A stretch of DNA of 48,118 nt from an uncultured Porphyromonadaceae bacterium (GCA_900552325.1 URZG01000001.1:1-48118); one strand, 5' to 3'; counted from the stretch's first letter, positions 37,598-47,816 are shown. Numbers and translations: made by a program. Notes: generated by a model from the sequence alone, not told the origin.

Positions 37598-37845
37598 TGC
37601 CACACCACAAAAATAGTGGTGGGCTTTTGCGTTCATATAACTTAGAGGTACTGGCTTACCCAACGGATATATAAACACTAAGCCCACCGCAACCATACCC
37701 ATGAGGGTACGGCTAATCAGTGAGCGTTCAGTGCTTATTGCCTCTATCCGTTTGAAAAGTGCCAGTTTTCTAAGTTAAGACAATAGCATTAAACGCTATT
37801 CGTTCTAAATATGAAGCGGACATGACCTTTGCCATATCCGCTTGC
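37598..37845 (-). ncRNA. Structured 5' leader RNA (long hairpin with alternative pairing)
   Basis: About 140-nt stem 37638-37777 whose mismatches become G-U pairs on the minus strand; lies downstream of TAATTTTG at 37845-37852. Confidence 0.55.
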
Positions 37846-37919
37846 AAAATTAGTGAAAATTTCTCATTTAGTAATCATAACGGGCTGACTTTATTTGCAC
37901 ATACACTAATTATTACTTC

Positions 37920-38858
37920 CTATCGGTAGTATCTGACTGCATCGGCAATCTTCTTATCAAGTTCGGTAATCACATCGCTCTTGACTGTCAAACCCTCTCT
38001 TATCGCACATGAATCCTTTACAGCCTGCCTTAAATCGTGCGCTTGTTTAGCATTGAGCCTACCACATTTTTGACCCTCTGCAATACGGTTGAGAAATTCT
38101 ACCTCCCCTCCCATATCACCAATCCAAGCCAACAATGCCATTCTGTGAAGTTGTCTGGTAGTCTTTATCGTGTCAAAGTTTAAGACAGCATCATTAATCT
38201 TACTTATGGCTCGGTACGCATCGCGCCATCGCTTCAAGAGATTAATATAGAACACCTCGTCATAAAGCATAGCACCAGTCACTCTTTCCTCTTTGAAAGT
38301 CGCGCCTAATCGCTTCATATAGCGTTGTTCATACCTCAACACATTAATACTGCAAAAATCATTGGGAATCGGTATCTTTTTCTCTCGCTGTTCTCTTATC
38401 TTATCGTAGAAGCATAAAGTCTCATCGCGTCTATGATAGTAAAGAGAGTTGGGTTGAACCAATCTATTAGCGTATGACAATACCCCCAAGTGTTCAAGAT
38501 ACACTGATACGGGGTGACGGGTGACAATGTTTTCTGCGACATCAAGACGTGTTACACTCGCTTTTTTCATCGGCAAATGCAATTCATCCGACAGCTTTTC
38601 AATCACGCATTGTATATCTCTGCGACCCATACTTTGAAAATTATCGCCAAGATACCATTTGCACAATGAGCCATCCTTAACATTTACCTTCCACTGGTTG
38701 ATTGAAACGGTGTAGTTTCCAAGTGAGCCTGTAACAACGATATTGCCATTGTAGTCATGGACTGCTACCCTGTCAAGGCAAGGGGTGACTTCTGCTAAAA
38801 AATCAACACCCTCCACCTCGGCTTGGGTCAGACTGAAATTTACTGTGTCTAACATCAT
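37920..38858 (-). CDS. Phage/plasmid replication initiation protein (gene II/X-like)
   Basis: GSLCKWYLGDN, VTRLDVAEN, FYDK, LRYEQRY motifs. Confidence 0.7.
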   Translation of the reverse strand: MMLDTVNFSLTQAEVEGVDFLAEVTPCLDRVAVHDYNGNIVVTGSLGNYTVSINQWKVNVKDGSLCKWYLGDNFQSMGRRDIQCVIEKLSDELHLPMKKASVTRLDVAENIVTRHPVSVYLEHLGVLSYANRLVQPNSLYYHRRDETLCFYDKIREQREKKIPIPNDFCSINVLRYEQRYMKRLGATFKEERVTGAMLYDEVFYINLLKRWRDAYRAISKINDAVLNFDTIKTTRQLHRMALLAWIGDMGGEVEFLNRIAEGQKCGRLNAKQAHDLRQAVKDSCAIREGLTVKSDVITELDKKIADAVRYYR

Positions 38859-38897
38859 AATTACTGAATCGGTAATTTGTGACAGCTTACTATAAAA

Positions 38898-39359
38898 TCA
38901 GTCTGCGCTGTATGGTTTGGCTTGTTCTCTGAGGTATTCAATGTCCTCATCCAATTCGCCATCAACAAACATCGTGTGATACATCTTTTGATTATGCTTC
39001 TTACCTCGGATGACAAAGACCTCCATTTTCTTATAGTCCTCGGAAAAGAGAAATAGAAGAGCATCATCAGTGCCTTTCATATCTCCAAAAGCCATGTGAA
39101 GATTATCCACATCGGGAGTATAGATACTTGACCAACTATTGTTGCCATCCGTTATTGCAATATCCGCTTTTCTCTTCGCGTTTGCACTGAAAGAATCGGG
39201 CAGTCCGGTCAGATAGCAATACAGGCGCACAATCTTATCACGTCCTGTTTTCTTTTTACTCTCAATCGGCTCATATCCTCCTGTGAGAAATGTGCAGTCA
39301 AGCCTATGCGACTTGATTACTCGCTTTTCCTCAAAGCAAAAGTAGTCTGTCAGTATCAT
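38898..39359 (-). CDS. Conserved mobile-element hypothetical protein
   Basis: MILTDYF..RLDC, FGDMKGTDDALLF; ATGA overlap with xis. Confidence 0.7.
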   Translation of the reverse strand: MILTDYFCFEEKRVIKSHRLDCTFLTGGYEPIESKKKTGRDKIVRLYCYLTGLPDSFSANAKRKADIAITDGNNSWSSIYTPDVDNLHMAFGDMKGTDDALLFLFSEDYKKMEVFVIRGKKHNQKMYHTMFVDGELDEDIEYLREQAKPYSAD

Positions 39360-39649
39360 ACGGCTCGCCCTTTCCCCATAAGGATTTTATTCGCACGGTC
39401 GGCAATCTCTGTTGAGGTAGCCACGCGATTCTGTTGTAACCACGCCTCCAGTTCGCTACGGTTGAAGTAGCACATTTTTCCTGTTGGCTTGTAGTGAGGA
39501 ATCTCCCCACGCATTGTGAGCTTGTAGAGATAACTCTTGCTTATCCCCATGTATCTGCTCGCTTCGTCACTCGTCAGCACTTCTTTGGTGCAGAACAGAG
39601 TGTTTGCCGTTATGAGGTCGGCTAACCCATTAATGTCCTCCTGTTTCAT
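39356..39649 (-). CDS. Excisionase-like HTH_17 protein
   Basis: KEVLTSDEASRYMGISKSYLYKLTMRGEIPHYKPTGKMCYFNRSELEAWL. Confidence 0.92.
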   Translation of the reverse strand: MKQEDINGLADLITANTLFCTKEVLTSDEASRYMGISKSYLYKLTMRGEIPHYKPTGKMCYFNRSELEAWLQQNRVATSTEIADRANKILMGKGRAV

Positions 39650-39858
39650 TTCATATTTATTTAGGAGGTTAGGGCTTCTGGGGGTAGGTGCAAGTCAGTC
39701 CCGTCTTTACCCTTTGACAATGCAATTAATAGGTCTTGCACTCCCTATCATTGATTGACATTGCAAAGGTAGTGTATCAAGAGACGTTTAATATTAGCAA
39801 AAAAATAGCATCTAATATCGCGATATTAAATGCTATATGCTATTAAATTTTTCAACGA

Positions 39859-40513
39859 TTAGAATTGAGAGCAAATTGCATCTAACTCTCTTTCTGTAAA
39901 TATATAGTTATCCCTCATATACTTATTGTAACCACTCACATTACCAATATCCCCAAATTCATTTTTCACTTGCGTATAGGTGGGTTTCAGTATTTAATTT
40001 GCAATACAGGCTGCATAAATAACCCTCGCCACGTCTTTACCTTTTTTACCATCAATAAGAGTATGTAGTATTTGTAAAATCCTTTCTTGCTCCTTACTAT
40101 CTCCCAAAATCTGATTTATGAATAGTGTTTTTGCCTGACCTTTTTGGTCTGCCTCTATGTGATTCAATCGCTGTTTCATCTTTAACCTCCACATTGCTTA
40201 CTCCATTCAATAATTATTCAGCATAGCTTTTCATACGAGTGTATTCTGCTATAAGAATCTTACTATGGCCTTTCAATATTTTAATTCCATATCGCTCTTG
40301 CATTTTTATCAAATCATGGTGATTTTCCAATAATACACAATCTAACATAATAGTAAATTGAATGATTCTACTATGAAGCATAGTCGTAGACTTTACAACT
40401 ATATCCTCATCTAATATACTGCCAATATGGTTTTTAAAGTTTAAACATTGAGCATCACAAACTTCTCTCCATTGTAGAAGCATTGCTTTTTTCGGCTTGG
40501 GCAAAGTAAACAT
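39859..40513 (-). pseudogene. Disrupted hypothetical gene
   Basis: In-frame TAA at 39994-39996 followed by continued reading ILKPTYTQVKNEFGDIGNVSGYNKY to a stop at 39859; upstream fragment 40214-40513 abuts the MITE end. Confidence 0.55.
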
Positions 40514-40519
40514 GATTTT

Positions 40520-40539
40520 GGCTATTTTGATACACCCTC
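40520..40539. repeat. Solitary MITE/IS terminal inverted repeat
   Basis: GGCTATTTTGATACACCCTC matches the MITE end consensus GGCAATTTTGATACATCCTC. Confidence 0.65.
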
Positions 40540-40559
40540 AGACTCTTGAGACAGTATTG

Positions 40560-41594
40560 TCAGAAGTGAGCGACAAACTCCAGAACAAGTTTGTTGCGGT
40601 CTGAGATGCCCGGCGTAACGTCGGAGGCGTAGAAGTATTGTTCGTAGTTAAACCTGACATCGGCCTGGAGCTTACCGCGCCCCATACACAGGGTTATGCC
40701 GCCGGTAAGACGGTGGCGTGCCGGATCGTCGGCCACGAGCGCTCCGCTGTCGTCGCGCTTGCCGGAACTGTGATCCGACATGTAGTCATAACGTCCTAAG
40801 AATGATATGGCCGAGACACCTTTCTTCATCGGCAGACGGTACGCCGCAAATGCATCAACTGCATTCACAGCCCTGAAGGCTCCACGGGCGTAATGTTTTC
40901 GCAGATACTCGGCTTCGACATGCCAGCGGCCGTCATCCCAATAGGATCCGGCGTCATACATCATCACGTTCACATCCGCAGCCCTTGCCTTCTGACAACT
41001 GACAGTAACATTAAGATGCCGCGACAACATCGCCGAACCTTTTACAGAAAATTTCAGATCGTCGGTCCAGAAATTTTTCTGGTTGGTCAGCCCCGAGCCG
41101 TTGAAAATCCCGCCTTCAAGTGTAACCGGCACTCTGCTGCCGACAGTCCACGCCACAGCCGCGCCGACATCGCGCACGTTCCCTACCTGCTTGGCGATGA
41201 ACGAACGATTGGCGAAATACTGCAGATGGGGCGAACGGTGGGCGTCTATGGTGAACGGCACACGCATCTGCCCCGCAGTGAAACGCAACTTCGGTTTCGG
41301 CTGGTACCTCACGTATGCGTCCAGCATCTTGATGGCGCCCTCGTCGGAAAGGTCGATCTCAGCTTTATATCCCACAGTGCCGATCACCTTGCCCTCCACA
41401 CTCAGGCGCGCGTTGCGTACCTCGAAACGCCCCTTGCCTATCTGCGGCTCATACTCGTATTTGGCACGGATCGTACCGTGCAGCTCCGGAAGATATTCCT
41501 TTCCGCGCGACACCTCCGGCGCGTCTTGCCCCACAGCACGCAGACCGCAAGCCAAGGCGACAGCCGTCAGTACAGTAACAATAACTTTCTCCAT
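40560..41594 (-). CDS. Outer membrane porin (OprO/P family)
   Basis: Signal peptide, FEVRNARLSVEG, LDAY, GQMRVPF, RDVG, C-terminal aromatic residue (AHF). Confidence 0.82.
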   Translation of the reverse strand: MEKVIVTVLTAVALACGLRAVGQDAPEVSRGKEYLPELHGTIRAKYEYEPQIGKGRFEVRNARLSVEGKVIGTVGYKAEIDLSDEGAIKMLDAYVRYQPKPKLRFTAGQMRVPFTIDAHRSPHLQYFANRSFIAKQVGNVRDVGAAVAWTVGSRVPVTLEGGIFNGSGLTNQKNFWTDDLKFSVKGSAMLSRHLNVTVSCQKARAADVNVMMYDAGSYWDDGRWHVEAEYLRKHYARGAFRAVNAVDAFAAYRLPMKKGVSAISFLGRYDYMSDHSSGKRDDSGALVADDPARHRLTGGITLCMGRGKLQADVRFNYEQYFYASDVTPGISDRNKLVLEFVAHF

Positions 41595-41751
41595 CAATAT
41601 GCTTCTTATGCGCCGCAAAGTTCGCACGAAACTGTTTCATACCCGTGTGCATATCTTTAAGAATATGTTAAATCTGCGCGAGTAACGGATAAGTGCCATA
41701 ACCGCCTGCTTCCGGGCAATTATGGCACTTGTTCAAGGGAGAGGGGCCGGA

Positions 41752-44400
41752 TCAGTCACTGACCCGCGAAAGGATGTCGAGAAGGCGGTCGGCGGTACCG
41801 ATGGTGTAGCCCTGGCTTACGTGGACCACGCGGTTGAAGGTGTCGGCGATTATTGTTACCGGCAGCTCTACGCTGTCGAGTTTAAGCGCGTCCTTCAGCT
41901 CGGCGAGGATGGCGCCGTCATTGTCATGGCCGATGACCACGTTGGCCGGAAGCCGGAACGAGGTGCCGGGAGTGGCTCTCGCAAGACGGTCGGAGTCGGC
42001 ATAGAGCAGCACTATTTTTCGGCCGTCAGCCTCAAAGGATTCCGCCGACGCACTTATCTCGTTCAGTACGTGGGATGTGGGCTCATGGTTGGGGGCGCCG
42101 TAAACAAGGGTGTAATAGCCGCGCCCTGTGGCGCTCAACAGCGACTGACGCTGACCGGCGGCATTTGTGAAGAGGTCCTCGGAGTTGAAAGACCCTATCA
42201 CCTGCACACCCGTGGTATCCTGGCGGATTACGAGCGGTACGCGGGTAAGACTGTCGGGCACGACCCTGAAAAATGAGCTGCGTGCCAGCACACTGCCGTC
42301 GGCCATACGCTGCCCGGTGGTCAGCACATATTCCCCCGCATCAAACCGACGGTAGTTGTCCGCGATCCACCCGAGCGTGGTGTTCTCCTCGAATTCAAAG
42401 AGTGCGGGGATGCCGTTTTCTATTTTAGAGATCGTGAAATGCGTGTAATACTTCGGATCGGCGATGCGTCCCGCAGGGGTATAGTGGAATTCCACATATC
42501 CGGCCTCGGACCGAGACCCGGAGCCGACACCGAAGGCCACATCGCGGTCCAGCCCGGCGTCCTGCCATCCGGAGCCGTCGTGCCATTGCGTCTTGCCGGT
42601 AACGGCATCGATACGCGCAGGTATCCCCATAGCCCGCGCCGACGCCACGAAGAAAATACGCCGCGAGAGCGCATCTGCCTTGCGTACGCGCCATACGGCG
42701 GCAGGATGCACCCGCAGGCGCCCAGGATTCCACACCGTGTCGACGGCGATATTCAGCGCCACCCACTCTGCCCACCTTTCCGGATGACGCCGGTAATCCT
42801 CGGCCTGCGTGGAAGTGATGTCGCGCAGAAATTCCGCGGCAAAAGGCTCCAGTCCCTCATTCTCCACTCTCGGATTGAGCACATACGGCACAAAAAGCGG
42901 CGTATCCTGCCGATCAATGGCGAATCGGTCGGTGACAACATCCATCGGAATATCACGGCGGTCCTTCTCGCTGACCGCCGAAAGCACGTCAAGAACCGTT
43001 TCCCGGCGTTCCGGCGCCGTACGCAGCAACAGGTCCGTTATCGCCTGACGGTTGCCGCGCGACTCCACGAGTACCTTCGCCGTGACATCGGGATCCAGGC
43101 CTGTCTCCGCGGCGAAAGCGCGCGCTGTCTCTTCGGTGGCGAACGTGGATGTATAGGCGCCGCGCACCGAGTCCTCATACTGTTTGCGCGCCTCGTTGGC
43201 GGCTGTCATCTCCTCGGTGGGGGCCGGCAACGATGCCGATGGTCCCGGAGGCACGATGTCAAACTCCATGATATCCTCCCGGGCGCCGTCACGGTCAAGC
43301 GTCACCCGGACCGGACCGCGGTCGGCGGCGCGGAGGTGCGACACCCCGAAACGCCGTCCGTCAGTGACCCATACCACCATATCGCCCATACCGGCCACAA
43401 GACTCGCCTTGCCGTCCTTGTCGCTGAGTTTCCTCGCCACCGGATAGTACTCGCCGTAATTATACAACATGAACATCACCGTCACATTCTCCACAGGCGC
43501 CGAGTCCTCTCCCGTAACCACCACTTCCCTCACCGAAACCGGAGCGTAATTCCCGGTAACATTGACAGTGGTGCTGACAGAGGTCCGCCCCACCCGCTCT
43601 TCCGGGCCGTCGTAATATCCGTAGGCATTGGTAGTCATGAGCATACCTCGCGAGGCGGGAAGATTGAACCATGCCATATCCAGCAAAGGCTCCGGCTCGC
43701 AGGCTCCGAGGAACCACCACCGGCCGTCGGCCCACGCCTCGACCCATGCATGATTGTCGTCGGTATGTGCCCAGCGCGGGGTGTAGACCTGCCGGGCAGG
43801 TATCCCTACCGCCCTGAGGGCCGCAACGGTGAACGTCGACTCCTCGCCGCAGCGCCCTATAGCCTGGCTCACGGTGGAGAGCGGCGTCGAAGTCCGTGCG
43901 TCGCTGGGGCGGTATGTGGCTTTTTCATGGCACCAGTGGTTCACCTCAAGTATGGCCTGCCTCATGGTGAGCCCTTTCACCCGGTCGCGAAGTTCCCCGA
44001 AGAACACCCTGCGGCTGTCATCGAGATCTTCGTTGTTTACCCGCACCGGCAGCACAAAATGCCGGAATTCACGGTCGGGCACGCTGTCGCCCCAGGGCAT
44101 CTCCTTCCTGGCCTCAAGCGACAGCCGCACATTCTCCAGGAAATACCCCGGATCGCGGTTCACCATATCGGGCCAAGGCATATATGCGTAAAGGAACTCG
44201 AGGGCTTCCCTCTCCTCACTGTCGCCAAGGTCAGCCGTGCTGAAAAACGCGGTCACACGGCTGTCGGAAGCCGATTCCATACGGGCGTCGAAATCCCGGT
44301 GGATACGCCGGGAAGCCTCATCCGTGGTTCCGGCCCTGAGAGCCGTCGCGCCACACGACAATACAGCGAGGGCGGCTAAGGCATATGCAAGTCTGTTCAT
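41752..44400 (-). CDS. Secreted transglutaminase-like domain protein (PNGase-core-like)
   Basis: GRCGEES, NHAWVE, WWFLGACEP; signal peptide from ATG 44400 (the longer ORF extension lies in a MITE). Confidence 0.85.
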   Translation of the reverse strand: MNRLAYALAALAVLSCGATALRAGTTDEASRRIHRDFDARMESASDSRVTAFFSTADLGDSEEREALEFLYAYMPWPDMVNRDPGYFLENVRLSLEARKEMPWGDSVPDREFRHFVLPVRVNNEDLDDSRRVFFGELRDRVKGLTMRQAILEVNHWCHEKATYRPSDARTSTPLSTVSQAIGRCGEESTFTVAALRAVGIPARQVYTPRWAHTDDNHAWVEAWADGRWWFLGACEPEPLLDMAWFNLPASRGMLMTTNAYGYYDGPEERVGRTSVSTTVNVTGNYAPVSVREVVVTGEDSAPVENVTVMFMLYNYGEYYPVARKLSDKDGKASLVAGMGDMVVWVTDGRRFGVSHLRAADRGPVRVTLDRDGAREDIMEFDIVPPGPSASLPAPTEEMTAANEARKQYEDSVRGAYTSTFATEETARAFAAETGLDPDVTAKVLVESRGNRQAITDLLLRTAPERRETVLDVLSAVSEKDRRDIPMDVVTDRFAIDRQDTPLFVPYVLNPRVENEGLEPFAAEFLRDITSTQAEDYRRHPERWAEWVALNIAVDTVWNPGRLRVHPAAVWRVRKADALSRRIFFVASARAMGIPARIDAVTGKTQWHDGSGWQDAGLDRDVAFGVGSGSRSEAGYVEFHYTPAGRIADPKYYTHFTISKIENGIPALFEFEENTTLGWIADNYRRFDAGEYVLTTGQRMADGSVLARSSFFRVVPDSLTRVPLVIRQDTTGVQVIGSFNSEDLFTNAAGQRQSLLSATGRGYYTLVYGAPNHEPTSHVLNEISASAESFEADGRKIVLLYADSDRLARATPGTSFRLPANVVIGHDNDGAILAELKDALKLDSVELPVTIIADTFNRVVHVSQGYTIGTADRLLDILSRVSD

Positions 44401-44420
44401 AGATTCTGCAGGATTACGAA

Positions 44421-44517
44421 AGGATATTTCAAAATTACCTGATCTTTCCAAACTGTAGGGACGCTCCGTGGAGCGTCCCTACAGCAAAAGCCGTTTTAGG
44501 CAATTTCGACGCATCCT
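44421..44517. mobile_element. MITE with single REP palindrome core
   Basis: AGGATATTTCAAAATTACCT ... AGGCAATTTCGACGCATCCT ends; palindrome at 44453-44484. Confidence 0.78.
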
Positions 44518-44530
44518 CCCTGACGGTTTG

Positions 44531-45301
44531 TCATAATGAATGTACGGCCCGGCTCAGTTCCTCCACAAGGCGCAGGCCGGATGTCGCCCGTGAATATTCG
44601 TCGGCACTCCCGGCACCCATGCGCGTGCGGCCGTTACGGAACACCATCCGGCTCTCCGTCCTTACGCTGCATGAGGCATGGAAACTGGTAATGCCGGTCA
44701 GTTCGGCTATCCGGCGCACATTGCCGGCGTTGACACCCCCTCCGGCCATCACCCTTATGCGCCCTGCGGCCTGCTCGTGGAGAATACGCAGCATCTCCAC
44801 TCCTTCCGGTGCCGTGGGGGCGCATCCGGAGGTCAGCACACGGTCGAAACCGAGCGAGATTATATCCTCGAGAGCCTGCCGGGGATCTGAGACCATGTCG
44901 AAAGCCCTGTGAAAAGTGAAACTTTTCGCGCCCCGTGCCGATGCGGCACGCATCAGCCGGGCCGTACGTTCCATATCGACCGTGCCGTCGGCACGCAGCA
45001 CGCCGATCACGAAGCCGTCAGCCCGCGCGAAAGCCCCGGCCGCCATATCGGCCTCCATACATTCCATATCACTGTCATCGTAAAGGAAATCACCCGGGCG
45101 AGGCCGCACAAGCAGATGGCGCGCTATCCCGGGGGCGAAGCGCTCGCTCAGAGTCACCGACGAAAGCGGTGGAGTCAGACCGCCCAAAGGCAGCGCGCAG
45201 CAGATCTCCACCCGGTCGGCGCCGCCTCGCCGGGCAACCTCGACACTCTGCAGGTCGCCCGCGCATATTTCAAGTTCCGGACGCGGATTCTCAGTTATCA
45301 T
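44531..45301 (-). CDS. cutC: CutC family protein
   Basis: LEIC, GGADRVEIC, GGLTP, RPRPGDF, TFHRAFD, RVLTSG, GGGV. Confidence 0.92.
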   Translation of the reverse strand: MITENPRPELEICAGDLQSVEVARRGGADRVEICCALPLGGLTPPLSSVTLSERFAPGIARHLLVRPRPGDFLYDDSDMECMEADMAAGAFARADGFVIGVLRADGTVDMERTARLMRAASARGAKSFTFHRAFDMVSDPRQALEDIISLGFDRVLTSGCAPTAPEGVEMLRILHEQAAGRIRVMAGGGVNAGNVRRIAELTGITSFHASCSVRTESRMVFRNGRTRMGAGSADEYSRATSGLRLVEELSRAVHSL

Positions 45302-46671
45302 TTTCGTGGAAGTTCTGTATCAAGTTCAATAATGTAGTCTGTAGTGTCGGCCGGCGCCGGCACTCCGTCAAAATGCAGCACGATCCCGCGCCCCGGATGG
45401 TCCGTGAAGTTTATCCGTCTGCCGGAAGCGTACTCCCTGGCCGAACGGACTTTAACCTCCAGGGGCACCTCTATGGATTCCGAAGGCCGGAACAGATGCA
45501 GGAACAGCCTGTTCCCCTTGCGGGTGGCCACACCCCACTCCGTTTCCTTGAAGTCGCCGGCATCGGTGCCGTAGACCGTCTCGCTATTGGCACGCATCCA
45601 TCGTCCTATCTCCCCGAGACGCTCCAGGCACTGGTCGGGAAGGCGCCCGTCGGGCCTTGGTCCTATATTGAGGAGCAGGTTCGCGCCCATCGAGGCCGCA
45701 CGGACCAGGTAGCGCACCAGCGTGGCGGCATCCTTGTAGTCGGTATCCTTCACCTTGTAACCCCACATGCCGTTCATCGTGTTGCAGGTCTCGAGCGGCA
45801 ACCGGCCTATCTCCTGGCCCGAGAGCCCGGCAGTGTTCTCACCGGGCAGATCGCGCTCGAATATCTGAATATCCTCCCCCTCGAAAGGCGCCTGATGGTG
45901 GTTGTTGGCCACCATGCACCCCGGCTGGAGGGAATGTATCAGCTCATACTGGGCGGGGAGCTGCCAGTCGAACGGCGTGGCGTCCTCGTCGTGATCCCAC
46001 CAGCCGTCGAACCAGATGCAACGCACCGGTCCGTAATTTGTCAGCAGTTCGGTCAGCTGGCGGTCCATGAACTGCCGGTAGCGGGGCCAGTCGGCACGGA
46101 GGGAGTCACGCCCCGTAGTGTGCCCCGTGCGTCCCTGGGGATAATCCTCGCGTCCCCAGTCGAGATGGGAGTAATACAGGTGCAGGCTTATCCCCTGACG
46201 GTGACATTCGTCAGCCAGCTCTTTGAGCACATCGCGGCCGAAAGGTGTGGCATCGACTATATCGTAATCCGATTCGGCGGTATCGAACATCGAAAACCCG
46301 TCGTGGTGCCGGGTGGTGAAACATATATACCTGGCACCGGCGTCCTTGATCGCCGACACCCATTCACGGGCGTCGAAGCCCGCGGGATAAAATGCACCCG
46401 CCGCCTTGGAATATTCGGAATGGAGGGGACCGTAATTGAGATACCATTCCCCCTGCCCGAACATGCTGTATATCCCCCAGTGCAGAAAAATGCCGAACCT
46501 GTCGGCGGCGAACTCCTGCCGCGACTGCATAACCTCCGCCGACGGGATGTAGCGCGCAGGCTCTCCTGCGGGTTCCGCAGCACGGCAGTGGATATTCTGG
46601 CAGGCACACACGGCCACCGTAGCCATAACGGCGATTCTACGTATCATATCTGAAAATCTGTGATAATCCAT
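45298..46671 (-). CDS. Alpha-L-fucosidase, GH29
   Basis: FGIFLHWGIYS, TTRHHDGF, LYYSHLDW, WFDGWW, ETCNTM, NLLLNIGP; start could be 46647. Confidence 0.93.
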   Translation of the reverse strand: MDYHRFSDMIRRIAVMATVAVCACQNIHCRAAEPAGEPARYIPSAEVMQSRQEFAADRFGIFLHWGIYSMFGQGEWYLNYGPLHSEYSKAAGAFYPAGFDAREWVSAIKDAGARYICFTTRHHDGFSMFDTAESDYDIVDATPFGRDVLKELADECHRQGISLHLYYSHLDWGREDYPQGRTGHTTGRDSLRADWPRYRQFMDRQLTELLTNYGPVRCIWFDGWWDHDEDATPFDWQLPAQYELIHSLQPGCMVANNHHQAPFEGEDIQIFERDLPGENTAGLSGQEIGRLPLETCNTMNGMWGYKVKDTDYKDAATLVRYLVRAASMGANLLLNIGPRPDGRLPDQCLERLGEIGRWMRANSETVYGTDAGDFKETEWGVATRKGNRLFLHLFRPSESIEVPLEVKVRSAREYASGRRINFTDHPGRGIVLHFDGVPAPADTTDYIIELDTELPRK

Positions 46672-46686
46672 TGTTCTAAAGGCTTC

Positions 46687-47658
46687 TTAAAAATCATTAC
46701 CGGAGGCCTCCCAGCCAAGCGCGGCCGCACCGAGCAGGGCCACGTCAGCCTCGCCCAGATCCGACACCAGGAATCTCACCCTTCCTTTGTAGAGCGACAG
46801 CACATTCCGCTCGAAAGCCTCCTTCACGGCATCCGTAAGAAACGAACCCGCGCGGGCCACGCCGCCGAAAAGAACGATGGCCTCCGGATCGGTGAAGGCG
46901 GCGAACTGCGCGCAGGCCTCACCGAGCACTCCGCCTGTAAAACGAAGCACCTCCCGGGCAACCATGTCGCCGCCATGGGCGGCCTCGGCCACATCCCTGG
47001 ATGTGAGACTCCCTGCCGCGACGCCCCTCAGGCTTGATTCACGCCCGGACTCAAGAAACCGCAATGCCGTAGCCACCACCCCTTTGGCACTGCAGTAAGT
47101 CTGGAGGCAGTCCTCGCGGCCACAGGCACAGCGGCGCCCCTCGGAGCGCCATGCCTTCACATGCCCCAGTTCCCCGGCAAAGCCACGTTGCCCATCCACC
47201 AGCTTTCCGTCGCACACGATGCCGCTGCCCACACCCGTACCCAAAGTAAGGAATATGATATCCCTGAGACCGCGCGACACACCGTAGCGCATATCTCCGG
47301 CCGTAGCCGCGTTGGCATCGTTGGCGATCTTCACCGGCAGCCCCGAAGCCGCCTCCATCATCCGCGCAAGAGGTATCGGCGAAGGCCACGGCAGATCCGT
47401 GGCCGCCTCAATCTCGCCGCTGCGGCCGTCGGCACATGGAGCGCCGATGCCTATTCCGGCGATACGCACCCCGCAACGCGCAGCCGCATCCTCCAGCCGG
47501 CGCGAGACATCGAGCACCAGTCCGCCGGCATCATCATATCCGGCCGTGCGCACAACATCCCGCCACAATATCCGGCCACTACGGTCCACCAGACCGATCA
47601 CCGTATTAGTGCCGCCGATATCGATGCCGGCCGCACAGTCGTACCTGTCGTTTTTCAT
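46687..47658 (-). CDS. ROK family sugar kinase
   Basis: GIDIGGT, NDANAA, TLGTGVGSG, AGELGH, CACGREDCL. Confidence 0.92.
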   Translation of the reverse strand: MKNDRYDCAAGIDIGGTNTVIGLVDRSGRILWRDVVRTAGYDDAGGLVLDVSRRLEDAAARCGVRIAGIGIGAPCADGRSGEIEAATDLPWPSPIPLARMMEAASGLPVKIANDANAATAGDMRYGVSRGLRDIIFLTLGTGVGSGIVCDGKLVDGQRGFAGELGHVKAWRSEGRRCACGREDCLQTYCSAKGVVATALRFLESGRESSLRGVAAGSLTSRDVAEAAHGGDMVAREVLRFTGGVLGEACAQFAAFTDPEAIVLFGGVARAGSFLTDAVKEAFERNVLSLYKGRVRFLVSDLGEADVALLGAAALGWEASGNDF

Positions 47659-47816
47659 GGTTAAAGTCATCAAAATAGTCGTCCGGCCGCGGCAGTCGCT
47701 CCGACAGCGCCCCTGCAGCCAAAACCTTTCCAAAGGTAATCCAAAAAATCCGACTGTGCAAATCCCGCCGGCATATCATCAGCTTAATATATTAAAGCAA
47801 GAAAATCACCGGATTA

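Larger units (their letters stand above)
35760..40540. mobile_element. Second, truncated AT-rich integrative element (replication protein, excisionase, cargo; integrase missing)
   Basis: Hairpin and GGTATAAACA doublet (35809, 35820) just after att; rep and xis genes; pseudogene; ends at MITE-type terminal repeat; composition switches back at the porin gene. Confidence 0.7.

Noticed and set aside
16641..40540. Islands as a prophage or self-transmissible ICE
   Set aside because: No capsid, terminase, tail, tra or relaxase genes.
44401..44451. N-terminal extension of the transglutaminase ORF
   Set aside because: Starts inside the MITE; ATG 44400 gives a proper signal peptide.
42439..46653. 646-aa and 572-aa plus-strand ORFs
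   Set aside because: Antisense shadows of the transglutaminase, cutC and GH29 genes.
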